A stretch of 27,694 nt of DNA from Deinococcales bacterium (GCA_031414595.1 JANNVX010000101.1:1-27694); one strand, 5' to 3'. Numbered from the stretch's first letter, positions 8,052-17,273 are shown. Program-made: numbers and translations. Notes: generated by a model not told the origin, from the letters alone.

Positions 8052-8648
8052 CTAGCCTGTATTGTACTCGAGTTTTCCTTGTCCTCGTGTGGCATTTTGC
8101 AGCAACGTTTTAAGCTGTATCACTTCGGATTCCAAACCCAAGAAGCAGACCTCGAGACCAGCCTCGGTAAACCCATCCACGCGCTCGAGCATATCCAAAG
8201 GCTCGAGTAAACGATACAGCACACTGATAAACTCAAACGGTACACTTATCTTCACCATAACTCGAGGATGTACTTCGATTTTGACCGCTAAGCGCAGCAA
8301 CTCTGCTACAACCCCACCGTAAGCCCGAGCTAAACCACCCGCACCAAGGTTTGTACCACCATAAAAACGCACCGCTGCCACAGTTAGAAAATCCAAACCA
8401 CTGGACTCGAGAACCCTAAAGATTGGTGTGCCAGCCGTGCCACTTGGTTCACCGTCATCGGAAAAACGATACTGTACGCCAATTTTATATGCCCAACAAA
8501 CATGGCTGGCATCTGGATAACGTCCACGAACACCCTCGAGCCACCCAAGCGCCACCTCGAGTGTCGGGCTAGGTGCAACAAAGCCAAGAAATTCGCTGTT
8601 TTTAACAACAATGCTGTGGCGAAATTCGCTAGAAACAGTAATGAACAT
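8052..8648 (-). CDS. yigZ: YigZ/IMPACT family protein
   Basis: KNSEF...DASHVCWAY...FSDDGEPSGTAG.P...VRFYGGTNLGAGGLARAY. Confidence 0.92.
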   Translation of the reverse strand: MFITVSSEFRHSIVVKNSEFLGFVAPSPTLEVALGWLEGVRGRYPDASHVCWAYKIGVQYRFSDDGEPSGTAGTPIFRVLESSGLDFLTVAAVRFYGGTNLGAGGLARAYGGVVAELLRLAVKIEVHPRVMVKISVPFEFISVLYRLLEPLDMLERVDGFTEAGLEVCFLGLESEVIQLKTLLQNATRGQGKLEYNTG

Positions 8649-8820
8649 CTGTTAAGTATCTCACGCTTTCATTTTAGAATTTCCAGAAAAACGTCAATTC
8701 TGTTCTTGCTCATGGAATAGCACCTCACGGGCTACTCGCGCTCATTTCAGCGTGAGATACGTTACCCTTACTCCTGTTCTTGACCCTAAGACGCACCTCA
8801 CGGGCAGGGTCGCTTAGTCG

Positions 8821-8854
8821 GAAATGTTTTAGGAAAAAGACTCTAAAACATTTC
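8821..8854. terminator. 12-bp inverted repeat hairpin downstream of the LON-N gene
   Basis: GAAATGTTTTAG...CTAAAACATTTC, 10 bp past the stop at 8865. Confidence 0.55.
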
Positions 8855-8864
8855 GGGGTTGTAT

Positions 8865-9476
8865 TTAATTGAGCATTCGTTTCTGCACGCCCACAAACTC
8901 GGATAGAATCTCGAAGCGTTCAAATAAGCTCTTGGCTTCCAGAACGCGCTGACCATCTATACCACTTAAACGTAAATTGGCAGCCACAAACGAGGCTTTT
9001 AGGAGCATGTCTTCAGGAATTTCGCTCGAGACATCACCGAACTTGGTTTGCATTCGGACTAAGAACTTTTCTAGCACATCTCGAGCCACGACTTTGGTCC
9101 ATTGAGGGTTACTCGGCTCTAGCGGGTCGAGTTGTGCTTCGGCACAAGAGTACGGGTATTTGTGGTTATCAATACTTAAAATTTTGAAGCGTTCACCACC
9201 AACCACCAAAATGTTGGCACTGCCATCGGGGTTATAATCCACTTCGACCAGATGCGCCAAGGTTGCCACCCGAGCAATTCGGGCTTCGGGTTGACGGGTT
9301 GCCCCTCCCATCCCAGCAGGAGTATTGACAGGCAGCACACAAGGAATGCCGAACGGTTCCCTGGTATGACGGATTCGCCCCAGCAATTCACGATAACGCG
9401 GTTCAAAAACGTGCAAGGGGAGCGCCATGCCCGGCAGCAGCACGATTTCACCAACCGGAAAAAGGGGAATCTCCAT
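8865..9476 (-). CDS. LON peptidase N-terminal (substrate-binding) domain protein
   Basis: MEIPLFP...VLLPGMALPLHVFEPRYRELL...GGERFKI; no ATPase or protease domain. ATG at 9476. Confidence 0.88.
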   Translation of the reverse strand: MEIPLFPVGEIVLLPGMALPLHVFEPRYRELLGRIRHTREPFGIPCVLPVNTPAGMGGATRQPEARIARVATLAHLVEVDYNPDGSANILVVGGERFKILSIDNHKYPYSCAEAQLDPLEPSNPQWTKVVARDVLEKFLVRMQTKFGDVSSEIPEDMLLKASFVAANLRLSGIDGQRVLEAKSLFERFEILSEFVGVQKRMLN

Positions 9477-9628
9477 GTTGCAAATCTTAGGACTTATAAA
9501 CAGACACAGCAATGAGCCAGACTACAATTTGGAAACGTTTCCTATGTGTTCTGCACACGTTTAGCACAATCTTCTAGCCGCACAGAACACATCGGAAGTG
9601 TAGTTATTCTTACGGATGCGGCAACTCC

Positions 9629-10171
9629 TTACTGATGCGGCTCGAGCAAACCATAATTTCCATCACGGCGCTTATAGACCACATTAACCCGTTCGGTCTT
9701 GGCATTCTCGAACATGTAAAAATCATGCCCCAAGGCTTCCATCTGCACCACCGCGTCCTCGGGACTCATCGGACGAACCTCAAAACGCTTATTCCGCACG
9801 ATCTCTGGCATGAATTCATCGGCATCGTCGGTCACAGTAGGCATTAGCACAGGGTCGGCTCGTTGCTCTCTGGAAATGAGTTTGGTTTGGAATTTCTTTA
9901 GTTGACGCTCGAGGAGATGCACCGCCGTATCAATCACGGCATACATATCGGTGCCAGCTTCTTCGGCTCGAATGACTCCATGCGGCACATTTAGCTGCAT
10001 TTCAACCCGGTGCGGCGCATCTGCCCGACCATCATTTTTAACACTTAAGACCACTTTGGCATCCACAATATGCTTACTAAAACGCTCGAGTTTACTTAAG
10101 CGTTGCTGCACATGTTCACGGATGGCATCGGTGACTTCGAGATTGCGTCCGACCAATTTGTAGACGTTCAT
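9629..10171 (-). CDS. hpf: Ribosome hibernation promoting factor, long form (HPF/RaiA)
   Basis: GRNLEVTDAIREHV...DMYAVID...LERQLKK plus C-terminal PMSPEDAVVQMEALGHDFYMF; AGGAGG RBS before the ATG at 10171. Confidence 0.95.
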   Translation of the reverse strand: MNVYKLVGRNLEVTDAIREHVQQRLSKLERFSKHIVDAKVVLSVKNDGRADAPHRVEMQLNVPHGVIRAEEAGTDMYAVIDTAVHLLERQLKKFQTKLISREQRADPVLMPTVTDDADEFMPEIVRNKRFEVRPMSPEDAVVQMEALGHDFYMFENAKTERVNVVYKRRDGNYGLLEPHQ

Positions 10172-10304
10172 AACGCCTCCTTGTACCAAAAGCGGTAGAA
10201 TTGAAGTGCTGATTGCCTTTGGTAATTGCTAGTCTAACCCTTTAGATTTCACTTGTCTGAGGAATAGCACACACACGAAATTGTCAGGACAGTGTATGCT
10301 ACTT

Positions 10305-10359
10305 TTTGGCAGGCAATCACACATCACTTTGGCAGTCATACATACATCACTTTGGCAGT
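10305..10359. repeat. Short direct repeats with 23-bp period
   Basis: ACATCACTTTGGCAGT at 10321-10336 and 10344-10359; core TTTGGCAG at 10305, 10328 and 10351. Confidence 0.8.
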
Positions 10360-10395
10360 TAAACACAGCTTACTCGAGACTTGCCAGCCCGTGCG

Positions 10396-10424
10396 TTGAC
10401 AAGAGGTACAATTGTAGCTACAAT
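10396..10424 (+). promoter_or_regulatory. Sigma70 promoter with overlapping palindromic operator for brnTA
   Basis: TTGACA (10396-10401), 17 bp, TACAAT (10419-10424). Perfect palindrome ATTGTAGCTACAAT at 10411-10424. The ATG lies 5 nt downstream, so the transcript is probably leaderless. Confidence 0.8.
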
Positions 10425-10429
10425 ACCAC

Positions 10430-10702
10430 ATGGTGATAGAGTGGGACGAAGAAAAACGGCTCAGTAACCTCGTCAAGCACCAATTGGATTTCCGTGATGC
10501 ACAAATTATCCTCAACAGCACCATTTTTGAGATTGACGATACACGAACCGACGAAAACCGTATTCTGGCATTTGGTTACTTGAAAGGCATTGTGGTGATT
10601 GTTTGCTACACCATTCGCCACGAAAATACCCTACGAATTATTTCAATGCGAAAGGCAACCAACCATGAAGAACAAAACTTCCTTAACTACCTCCGAGACT
10701 GA
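10430..10702 (+). CDS. brnT: BrnT family type II toxin (RelE-like ribonuclease)
   Basis: EWDEEKRLSNLVKHQLDF...ENR...VCYTIR...RIISMRKA signature. Confidence 0.92.
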   Translation: MVIEWDEEKRLSNLVKHQLDFRDAQIILNSTIFEIDDTRTDENRILAFGYLKGIVVIVCYTIRHENTLRIISMRKATNHEEQNFLNYLRD

Positions 10703-10946
10703 TTTTGCGGCACTGGCAGCCTTAAAATCTGAAAACATTGACCTGAGCGACATCCCCGAAGTCACCCCAGAAATGTTTGCCCAAGGCATCCTCAGACGCG
10801 GTGGAATTCAAAAACCAGTTGGCAAAACACTGGTCAGTCTTCGGATAGACAACGATGTTCTCGAGTGGTTCAGAACTCGAGGCAAAGGCTACCAAACCGA
10901 AGTCAATGCGCTGCTAAAAGCCTACAAAGAGGCGCACAGCCCCTAA
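10665..10946 (+). CDS. brnA: BrnA family antitoxin
   Basis: IDLSDIPE...KTLVSLRIDNDVLEWFR..GKGYQTEVNALLKAY; overlaps brnT. Confidence 0.92.
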   Translation: MKNKTSLTTSETDFAALAALKSENIDLSDIPEVTPEMFAQGILRRGGIQKPVGKTLVSLRIDNDVLEWFRTRGKGYQTEVNALLKAYKEAHSP

Positions 10947-11567
10947 ACTTGCCAGCCCGTGCTTTAGCGCAAATAATGCCGCTTGGGTTCTCGAGGACAC
11001 CCCGAGTTTAGATAGCAACCTCGAGACATGGGTTTTAACGGTGCTTTCATTGACCCCAAGCTCATTTGCCATATCTAAGTTACTCTGCCCTCGAGCCAAA
11101 AGTTGTAGCGTCAGAACTTCCCTTGCGGTTAAATGCTCGCGCATATCTGGCGCACGGTAATCGCGCAGCAGTTTTTCTTTTGCCACAGGAGAAAGCCGCA
11201 CTTCGCCGCGAGCCGCCGCATGAATTGCCTCGCGGATGTCGGCAGCTTTGGCATCCTTGATTAAGTAGCCAATTGCCCCAGCTTGAATTGCCCCATTGAC
11301 TTTATGTTCCTCGAGTGAACTGGTCAGCGCCAGCACCTCGGTATTGGGGAATTTAGCGCGGATTTCACGAGTGGCGCTGATGCCATCCAGCACAGGCATA
11401 AGAATATCCATCACGACCACATCAGGCTTGAGAAGGGCGACTTGCTCGAGGGCTTCTAAGCCATTTTCGGCTTCTCCAACAATAATGATGTTTGGGTCAG
11501 CAGATAGGTAAAGCTGCAAGCCTTGGCGGACAACGGCATGGTCATCTACAATCAGGACTCGAGTCAT
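10914..11567 (-). CDS. NarL/LuxR-family response regulator
   Basis: VLIVDDHAVVRQGL receiver domain, VVVMDILMP, and LuxR HTH LTAREV...TVKTHVSRLLSKLGVSSRTQAA. Confidence 0.95.
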   Translation of the reverse strand: MTRVLIVDDHAVVRQGLQLYLSADPNIIIVGEAENGLEALEQVALLKPDVVVMDILMPVLDGISATREIRAKFPNTEVLALTSSLEEHKVNGAIQAGAIGYLIKDAKAADIREAIHAAARGEVRLSPVAKEKLLRDYRAPDMREHLTAREVLTLQLLARGQSNLDMANELGVNESTVKTHVSRLLSKLGVSSRTQAALFALKHGLASLGAVRLFVGF

Positions 11568-12457
11568 AGGCTAACCTGTGCTTTTTCGCCAAGTCGAATC
11601 TCGAGTAAAAAAGAGTTTTGAGTGGCGTTTTTTGTTTTACCATTCAAGTACCAAGCTCCTTTCTCGAGATTCTGAATAGTTTTAGGTTCTTCCCAAACGA
11701 TGTCTGGGTTAAGTGATGATAATAAGCGTTGACGAAAGGCTTGTGCAGTTGGAGCTTTTCCAATGATGAAGATATTAAGTGACGTTTGAGGGACAAAGCG
11801 AATATCAACCAAGCCGTTTTTGGATGCAATGTTCATAACGCCTTGATTAGTTTGGTCAAAATAAACTCGAGTAAAGCCCATGTCATTGCGAATAGAAAAT
11901 CGGGTCTTGGGATTACTTTGTGGCATTTTTAGATTTAAGTCCATTGCTTGTATATCACCGCTTCGTAAACTGAAGTCTTGAACAATCAAACCTTGGAAAT
12001 TTAGGTTAGCATTGATACGGGTTTTATCCCAATTATCAAACAGAATCTGAATGTTAAATGGAATATCTTTTGGTAGCCGCAATTCTCCACTTCCAGTTGT
12101 GTACGGACGACTCAAGAAAAAACTAAGATATGAACTTGAATTTGTTTCGTACCTTACGGAATTTATGTCTTTTTTCCCAAGTTGCGGCTCTCCTTCTTGA
12201 ATTCGCAATTCAGAAGCGGCTGTGGCTTGGTATGTTCCTGTAATTCTTTTTGGTTCACCGGCACGAATAGAAAAATTCCCTACGCCTTGTGGAAAAACCA
12301 GCAAATCAATATTCTTGGCTTTCGAGGTATCTAACCTTGCAGTGTGCAACTTTCTTTTGGTGTGTGGCAAATCCACATTATCCATCGTGAAACGCATTGC
12401 CACGGCACACGCGCCAAGCAAAAGCAGACTGATTCCAACTCGAGCAAGCCCATTCAT
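11564..12457 (-). CDS. Hypothetical exported or membrane-anchored protein inside the two-component operon
   Basis: Hydrophobic N-terminus, beta-rich body, 4-bp overlaps with both neighbours. Confidence 0.7.
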   Translation of the reverse strand: MNGLARVGISLLLLGACAVAMRFTMDNVDLPHTKRKLHTARLDTSKAKNIDLLVFPQGVGNFSIRAGEPKRITGTYQATAASELRIQEGEPQLGKKDINSVRYETNSSSYLSFFLSRPYTTGSGELRLPKDIPFNIQILFDNWDKTRINANLNFQGLIVQDFSLRSGDIQAMDLNLKMPQSNPKTRFSIRNDMGFTRVYFDQTNQGVMNIASKNGLVDIRFVPQTSLNIFIIGKAPTAQAFRQRLLSSLNPDIVWEEPKTIQNLEKGAWYLNGKTKNATQNSFLLEIRLGEKAQVSL

Positions 12458-14130
12458 TTCGCACCTCCAAAATTAACCAAAATTCTTGTCCCAGCACTGC
12501 CCGATTCAATCCCCAGAACCGCACCAATCCCCTCGGCGCGTTCGCGCATACTTTTAATACCTAGCGCTCCTGCTCGAGCCACCGCCAAGTCAAATCCACG
12601 CCCGTTGTCTGAAATCTCGAGAATATCCGTCTCTAGGCGAATCTGAACTTGGTTGGCTTTGGCGTGCTTAACCGTGTTATGAACGGCTTCTTGAGCAATG
12701 CGGTAAAGTGCGCCTTTGACCTCGAGTGACACATCTGGCTCGAGTGGCGCGGTCACAATTGCCGTTAGTTTATACCGTGCGAGTAACATTTCGCCAAGTT
12801 TTTGTAGCGCTGCCGCTAACCCGCCTTCCTCGAGGGCATCTGGACGAAGTGCAAAAAGCAGGGTTTTCATTTCGGCAGTGCCACCATCGGCTAGGTCTAT
12901 GGCGTACTCGAGCGATTTTCTGGCATTTTCTGGGCTGCTCTCAAGTTGTTCTAAAGCACTGCGCGTCCCAAGGGCAATGCCGTACAAGGCTTGAGCCACG
13001 CTATCGTGAAGTTCTCGGGCAATTCGAGCGCGTTCTTGTTCGCTAGCAGTGGCGCGTTCTCGAGTCAGCAAATTTTGCAATTTTAGAGCGGTGCTGGCAT
13101 GAACTCCAAGGGCATTCCAAAGGCTGGTATCTCGAGCATTGGGCGGGGCATTTTTGTATAGGGCTTTCAATTCTGCATTCTGCTCGAGTGACACACGCAG
13201 CACTACATTTTTGGGATTCTCGAGGTCGCTGGGTTCGAGGTTGATTCGCGTTTCACCAATGCCTGCACCACTGGCGCTTGAGGCGTTCAGACCTTCTTGA
13301 AGAATGGTGGTGATTGCCTTGTCGGTACTTTCCTCGAGAACACTTTTACTGGCTGTTTCTAGGGCTTGTAGGCTGCGCTGCGAACCCGTGTCACTCGATA
13401 AAGCATTTTCGGCGGCAACTCGCCAAACTCGAGCCAAAAAATTGCTGAACTGCAAGGTTAAATTCAGCATTGGAATCCCAGCCAGAAATGCGATAGCACT
13501 ACTCAAAGCCGTAAATTTCAAGCCTTCCGAACCCGTCCAGAGGATGCTATCGCGCCAGTAGGAAAAAGCATTTGAGGCGGGTTGCCACGCAGCAATGATT
13601 GGAGCGGATAAGCATAAACCTGTGATGTAAAGCATTGCTCCAAGTAGAATTAAAGTTCCTGTCACAAAAATAAATTGCAGAAAAAGATAGGTAAACCCTT
13701 GAAAAGTTCTTAAATTCAGCACTTCTTGACTCATCCAAACGACAAATTTGGTATGTCGAACTCGTAAGGGGGCTTTGATTTGTGCCTCGAGCAGCAGCCC
13801 AACTCGCCATCGTTCAAAATCCAGTAAGCGCAATCCAAGCCACGCATACAATGGCATTGCCAGAAAAAAAGCAATGATTCCAAGAAAACTAAGCCAAAAC
13901 GTAAGTTGAACCGAGGCTTGTGGAATGGTTCGGAATTCCTTAAAAACACCAATTGTGCTGCCCTGACCACCCACAAAGTTTTCGGGAAGCACGGGAAATC
14001 TAAAAATAAGACTTAAGCCAAACCAAAGAAAAGCCAGCACCAACCAACTCGAGACGAAGTACAGCAAATGCTTGTAGCTCGAGAGATTCAGGATTGGCGC
14101 GAAGTACCCTTGGTTCATGGTCTTTATCAT
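12454..14130 (-). CDS. Membrane sensor histidine kinase, HisKA_3 (NarX/LiaS-type)
   Basis: Several TM segments, ERARIARELHDSVAQ H-box, LYRIAQEAVHNTVKHA, ISDNGRGFD, LGIKSMRERA. Confidence 0.95.
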   Translation of the reverse strand: MIKTMNQGYFAPILNLSSYKHLLYFVSSWLVLAFLWFGLSLIFRFPVLPENFVGGQGSTIGVFKEFRTIPQASVQLTFWLSFLGIIAFFLAMPLYAWLGLRLLDFERWRVGLLLEAQIKAPLRVRHTKFVVWMSQEVLNLRTFQGFTYLFLQFIFVTGTLILLGAMLYITGLCLSAPIIAAWQPASNAFSYWRDSILWTGSEGLKFTALSSAIAFLAGIPMLNLTLQFSNFLARVWRVAAENALSSDTGSQRSLQALETASKSVLEESTDKAITTILQEGLNASSASGAGIGETRINLEPSDLENPKNVVLRVSLEQNAELKALYKNAPPNARDTSLWNALGVHASTALKLQNLLTRERATASEQERARIARELHDSVAQALYGIALGTRSALEQLESSPENARKSLEYAIDLADGGTAEMKTLLFALRPDALEEGGLAAALQKLGEMLLARYKLTAIVTAPLEPDVSLEVKGALYRIAQEAVHNTVKHAKANQVQIRLETDILEISDNGRGFDLAVARAGALGIKSMRERAEGIGAVLGIESGSAGTRILVNFGGAK

Positions 14131-14193
14131 GCCGTATATTGAAGCAGTTTGTTTATCGGGGCGCGTCCATCAAAAGTGACATACACTTTAAGC

Positions 14194-14364
14194 ATGACCC
14201 CTGATTTCCTCAAAAAACGCAATGCACTCTGGGCTGCCCTGCGTCAACTCGAGCCAGAAGACCCAAAAGCCGAACGTTTAATCGAAGAATTGATGACCCT
14301 AATTGCTTGGTCTCGAGAAAAAATTTATGCAGGTCTGGGCTGGAGTCTCGAGCCGCCAAAATAA
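14194..14364 (+). CDS. Small hypothetical protein (56 aa)
   Basis: MTPDFLKKRNALWAALRQLEP...IYAGLGW; fills an intergenic gap and is followed by a hairpin. Confidence 0.65.
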   Translation: MTPDFLKKRNALWAALRQLEPEDPKAERLIEELMTLIAWSREKIYAGLGWSLEPPK

Positions 14365-14366
14365 AA

Positions 14367-14389
14367 CGCTCCGCCAAAAAAGCGGAGCG
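14367..14389. terminator. Hairpin between the convergent small ORF and ferredoxin gene
   Basis: CGCTCCGC-caaaaaa-GCGGAGCG, with an A-tract on the left (U-tract for the minus strand). Confidence 0.7.
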
Positions 14390-14404
14390 CATCTTGTGAA
14401 AGGC

Positions 14405-14641
14405 TTAAAGTCCGAAGTGGGTACGGTTCTTGGCAGTAAAGCTCTCCCATTCGCCGGGCAGGTCTTCTTCTGGGAAAATCGCGCTGACTGGGCAAGCTGG
14501 GACACAAGCGCCGCAGTCAATGCACTCGTCTGGGTGAATGTAGAATTGGTCGTCGCCTTCGTAGATACACTCGACTGGGCAAACTTCGACGCAGGCACTG
14601 TCTTTTGTTCCGATGCAGGGTTGGGCAATAATATGAGCCAT
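14405..14641 (-). CDS. fdxA: 7Fe-type dicluster ferredoxin
   Basis: CIGTKDSACVEVCPVECI...HPDECIDCGACVPACPVSAIF; AGGAGG RBS. Confidence 0.93.
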   Translation of the reverse strand: MAHIIAQPCIGTKDSACVEVCPVECIYEGDDQFYIHPDECIDCGACVPACPVSAIFPEEDLPGEWESFTAKNRTHFGL

Positions 14642-14823
14642 TTTTGTTTCCTCCTTGGGATGAAAGAGCGCATTTGCAACTCTAAGTAACTAGGTTGTAC
14701 CAGATTGTTTTTACCACGTCAAGCACAAGAAACTGGAGTGAATTAGTCGGATTTAACTTTTTGGTCATTTGGCTTACAGACCGAACAGACCAAATCAACG
14801 CCCTACAAGGTTTATAATACTTC

Positions 14824-15618
14824 ATGTTTGACCCAATCTCCGAAGACCCACATGTGGATTCGTTGCATCCACCAAGCAACCAAAGCGTTCGTATCGGACA
14901 AATGAATGCGCTTTTGCACCACGCGGGCGGCTTACACCCTCGCCCAGCCGTTTTGTTGCTGCATGGCTTTCCGGGTTGGGAACGCAATTTTGATTTGGCG
15001 CATGTTTACCGCCGAGCAGGATTTCATACCTTGGTGATTCATTACAGGGGCGCTTGGGGAAGTTCAGGGGTATTTTCTTTCCAAAACGCACTCGAGGATG
15101 CCCAAACTGCTTTATCTTGGCTACAGCACCACAAAGATGTAGACTCGAGCCATATTGCCGTACTGGGTCACAGTATGGGCGGATGGATAGCCCTAGCCAC
15201 CACCGCCAAAACCCATATTCCCACCATCGCCATTGCCCCAGCCAATTTTGGCAAGTATGCCCGCCCCCTAAACACCCCCGAAGCTCGAGCCGTGTGGCTA
15301 GAATGGTGCATTAAAACCATCACGCCCCTAAATGCCGATGCCGAAGACTTGACCGATGAACTGATTGAACACCAAAAAATATGGAATCTCGAGTATCTAG
15401 CCCCAGACCTTGAAATGCCTTTAATGCTCTTTGGGGCAGAGCAAGATGCAATTGCGTCTTGTACGATTGAATACGCCCAAAAGCCCTTGGTGGCGCTGCT
15501 ACCCAAAAAGCCAAAAATCTTGAACTTACCCACAGACCACAGCTTTAGTACCCACCGTATTGCTGTGGCTCGAGCCAGCTTGGTTTTTTTGCAAAAGCAC
15601 CTCGAGACTTTTAAGTAA
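14824..15618 (+). CDS. Alpha/beta-fold hydrolase
   Basis: LLLHGFPG, YRGAWGS, nucleophile elbow GHSMGG, C-terminal DHSF. Confidence 0.9.
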   Translation: MFDPISEDPHVDSLHPPSNQSVRIGQMNALLHHAGGLHPRPAVLLLHGFPGWERNFDLAHVYRRAGFHTLVIHYRGAWGSSGVFSFQNALEDAQTALSWLQHHKDVDSSHIAVLGHSMGGWIALATTAKTHIPTIAIAPANFGKYARPLNTPEARAVWLEWCIKTITPLNADAEDLTDELIEHQKIWNLEYLAPDLEMPLMLFGAEQDAIASCTIEYAQKPLVALLPKKPKILNLPTDHSFSTHRIAVARASLVFLQKHLETFK

Positions 15619-15659
15619 AGGAGAAAAGAGGAAGCCTAATCAAGTGCTGTTTTCCTCCT

Positions 15660-16133
15660 TTATCTAGCCTCTCTCAGCAAAACCGTAGCCCGTGTCTGAA
15701 CGTGCATTGACGCTAAACCCTCAGAAGTCTTAAAAGTAATCCCAACATTTTCTGGATTGGTCTCGAGTAACCCCGCCAAATGGTCGCGCATAGCATCGCG
15801 CAAAGCCCCAAGTTTCGGGCGGTCAAGTGTCACCACCACTGCCAAATTCACAATCTCAAGATTGGCATTTTTGGTGCGTTGCAAACAATCTTTTAGAATA
15901 ACGCTCGAGTCCATCCCATGCCATTTTGGGTCGGTGTCTGGGTAGAGCTTGCCAATGTCACCCAGCGCTAGGCTCGAGAGCAGCGCATCAGAAACCGCAT
16001 GAAGCACTGCATCACCATCTGAATGGGCAATTGCGCCATGTGGCGAATCTGGAATCTCGAGACCCGCCAAAACCAATTTGCGCCCCACCTCGAGCCGATG
16101 CGCGTCTTCGCCGTAACCAATTCGGTAATTCAT
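15660..16133 (-). CDS. ispF: 2-C-methyl-D-erythritol 2,4-cyclodiphosphate synthase
   Basis: [44 protein letters not shown]. Confidence 0.97.
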   Translation of the reverse strand: MNYRIGYGEDAHRLEVGRKLVLAGLEIPDSPHGAIAHSDGDAVLHAVSDALLSSLALGDIGKLYPDTDPKWHGMDSSVILKDCLQRTKNANLEIVNLAVVVTLDRPKLGALRDAMRDHLAGLLETNPENVGITFKTSEGLASMHVQTRATVLLREAR

Positions 16134-16208
16134 AGCAAACACCATAAACTTTTCCGCCTTCCCTTTCTTCTTTTTCCTCTATTTAATCTCGAGTTCAAAA
16201 AACTGTCC

Positions 16209-16237
16209 TTGGCGCTTATCCGCCCCTATGCTAAACT
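16209..16237 (+). promoter_or_regulatory. Probable rplM-rpsI promoter
   Basis: TTGGCG, 17 bp, TAAACT with extended -10 TG; about 140-nt leader before rplM. Confidence 0.5.
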
Positions 16238-16379
16238 CCCAATTCGGCTTGGTCTTTGGTAGAGGTACAAGCCACCGGCAACACCGCCCGGACAACCCTC
16301 GAGACGACGTTCCCCCGAGCAGGCATCTTGAGTTAAAAGCGGAAAATGCACAGCCAAAGACTGTGTACTTTTTTGGAGA

Positions 16380-16835
16380 ATGATCATGTTCAAAACGTAC
16401 CTTCCGACAAAAACTGACCCACGTTGGGTTGTCATAGATGCCGAAGGGATGACCCTTGGTCGTCTGGCAACACAAATTGCCACCCTGATTCGCGGCAAAC
16501 ACAAACCCGATTACACCCCGCATATGGGCAATGGCGATTATGTGATTGTGGTCAATGCCGAAAAAATTGTTTTAACTGGCAATAAAATGAGCGGCAAAAT
16601 CTACACCCGCTACAGTGGCTTCCCAAGTGGTTTGAAACTCGAGCCAGCCAATATCGCGATTGATAAGCACCCAGAACGGGTGATTGAACACGCGGTTTTT
16701 GGGATGTTGCCAAAAGGTCGTTTGGGTCGCACCTTGCACAACCACTTAAAAGTTTATAAGGGCGAAAATCACCCGCACGAAGCCCAACAACCAGTCAAAC
16801 TCGCATTGCCATATGGCAAAAAAGAGGTGAAATAA
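16380..16835 (+). CDS. rplM: 50S ribosomal protein L13
   Basis: [28 protein letters not shown]...[10 protein letters not shown]...[14 protein letters not shown]. Confidence 0.99.
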   Translation: MIMFKTYLPTKTDPRWVVIDAEGMTLGRLATQIATLIRGKHKPDYTPHMGNGDYVIVVNAEKIVLTGNKMSGKIYTRYSGFPSGLKLEPANIAIDKHPERVIEHAVFGMLPKGRLGRTLHNHLKVYKGENHPHEAQQPVKLALPYGKKEVK

Positions 16836-17227
16836 TGGCAGTCGAGATGTTCTACGGAACAGGTCGCCGTAAGGCAAGTATCGCCCGCGTCTTCTTAAAA
16901 GGTGGCGAAGGTCGAATCACGGTCAATGGCAAGGATTTCCAAGAGTATTTCCGTGGAATCCTCCGCGCCCTCCAAGCCCTCGAGCCACTTCGCGCTACAG
17001 GTGCAGTTGGTCGTTTTGATGCCCGTATCACCGTTGAAGGCGGCGGTCCAAGTGGTCAAATAGATGCAATCAAACTTGGACTTGCCCGTGCCTTGGTGCG
17101 TTTAGATGGCGACAACCGTGCAAAACTTAAACCAGCCGGTTTACTGACCCGCGATTCCCGCGAAGTCGAAAGCAAAAAGGCTGGTCTCAAAAAAGCCCGT
17201 CGCGCCCCACAATTCAGCAAGCGTTAA
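16835..17227 (+). CDS. rpsI: 30S ribosomal protein S9
   Basis: YGTGRRK, GGGPSGQ, LLTRDSREVESKKAGLKKARRAPQFSKR. Confidence 0.99.
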   Translation: MAVEMFYGTGRRKASIARVFLKGGEGRITVNGKDFQEYFRGILRALQALEPLRATGAVGRFDARITVEGGGPSGQIDAIKLGLARALVRLDGDNRAKLKPAGLLTRDSREVESKKAGLKKARRAPQFSKR

Positions 17228-17243
17228 GATTTTTGCATACTCG

Positions 17244-17273
17244 AGAACGAAGGTATCTGCCTTCGTTCTTTTT
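17244..17273 (+). terminator. Intrinsic terminator after rpsI
   Basis: AGAACGAAGG-tatctg-CCTTCGTTCT followed by a T-tract. Confidence 0.85.

Larger units (their letters stand above)
10379..10962. mobile_element. brnTA cassette bounded by identical 16-bp direct repeats ACTTGCCAGCCCGTGC
   Basis: Repeats at 10379-10394 and 10947-10962. The 552 bp between them hold only a promoter, brnT and brnA. Confidence 0.75.

Noticed and set aside
8782-8819. Minimal HDV-like ribozyme reading of the second intergenic unit on the + strand
   Set aside because: P1/P2-like pairings exist, but the GG needed for P1.1 is missing and the first unit does not fit the fold.
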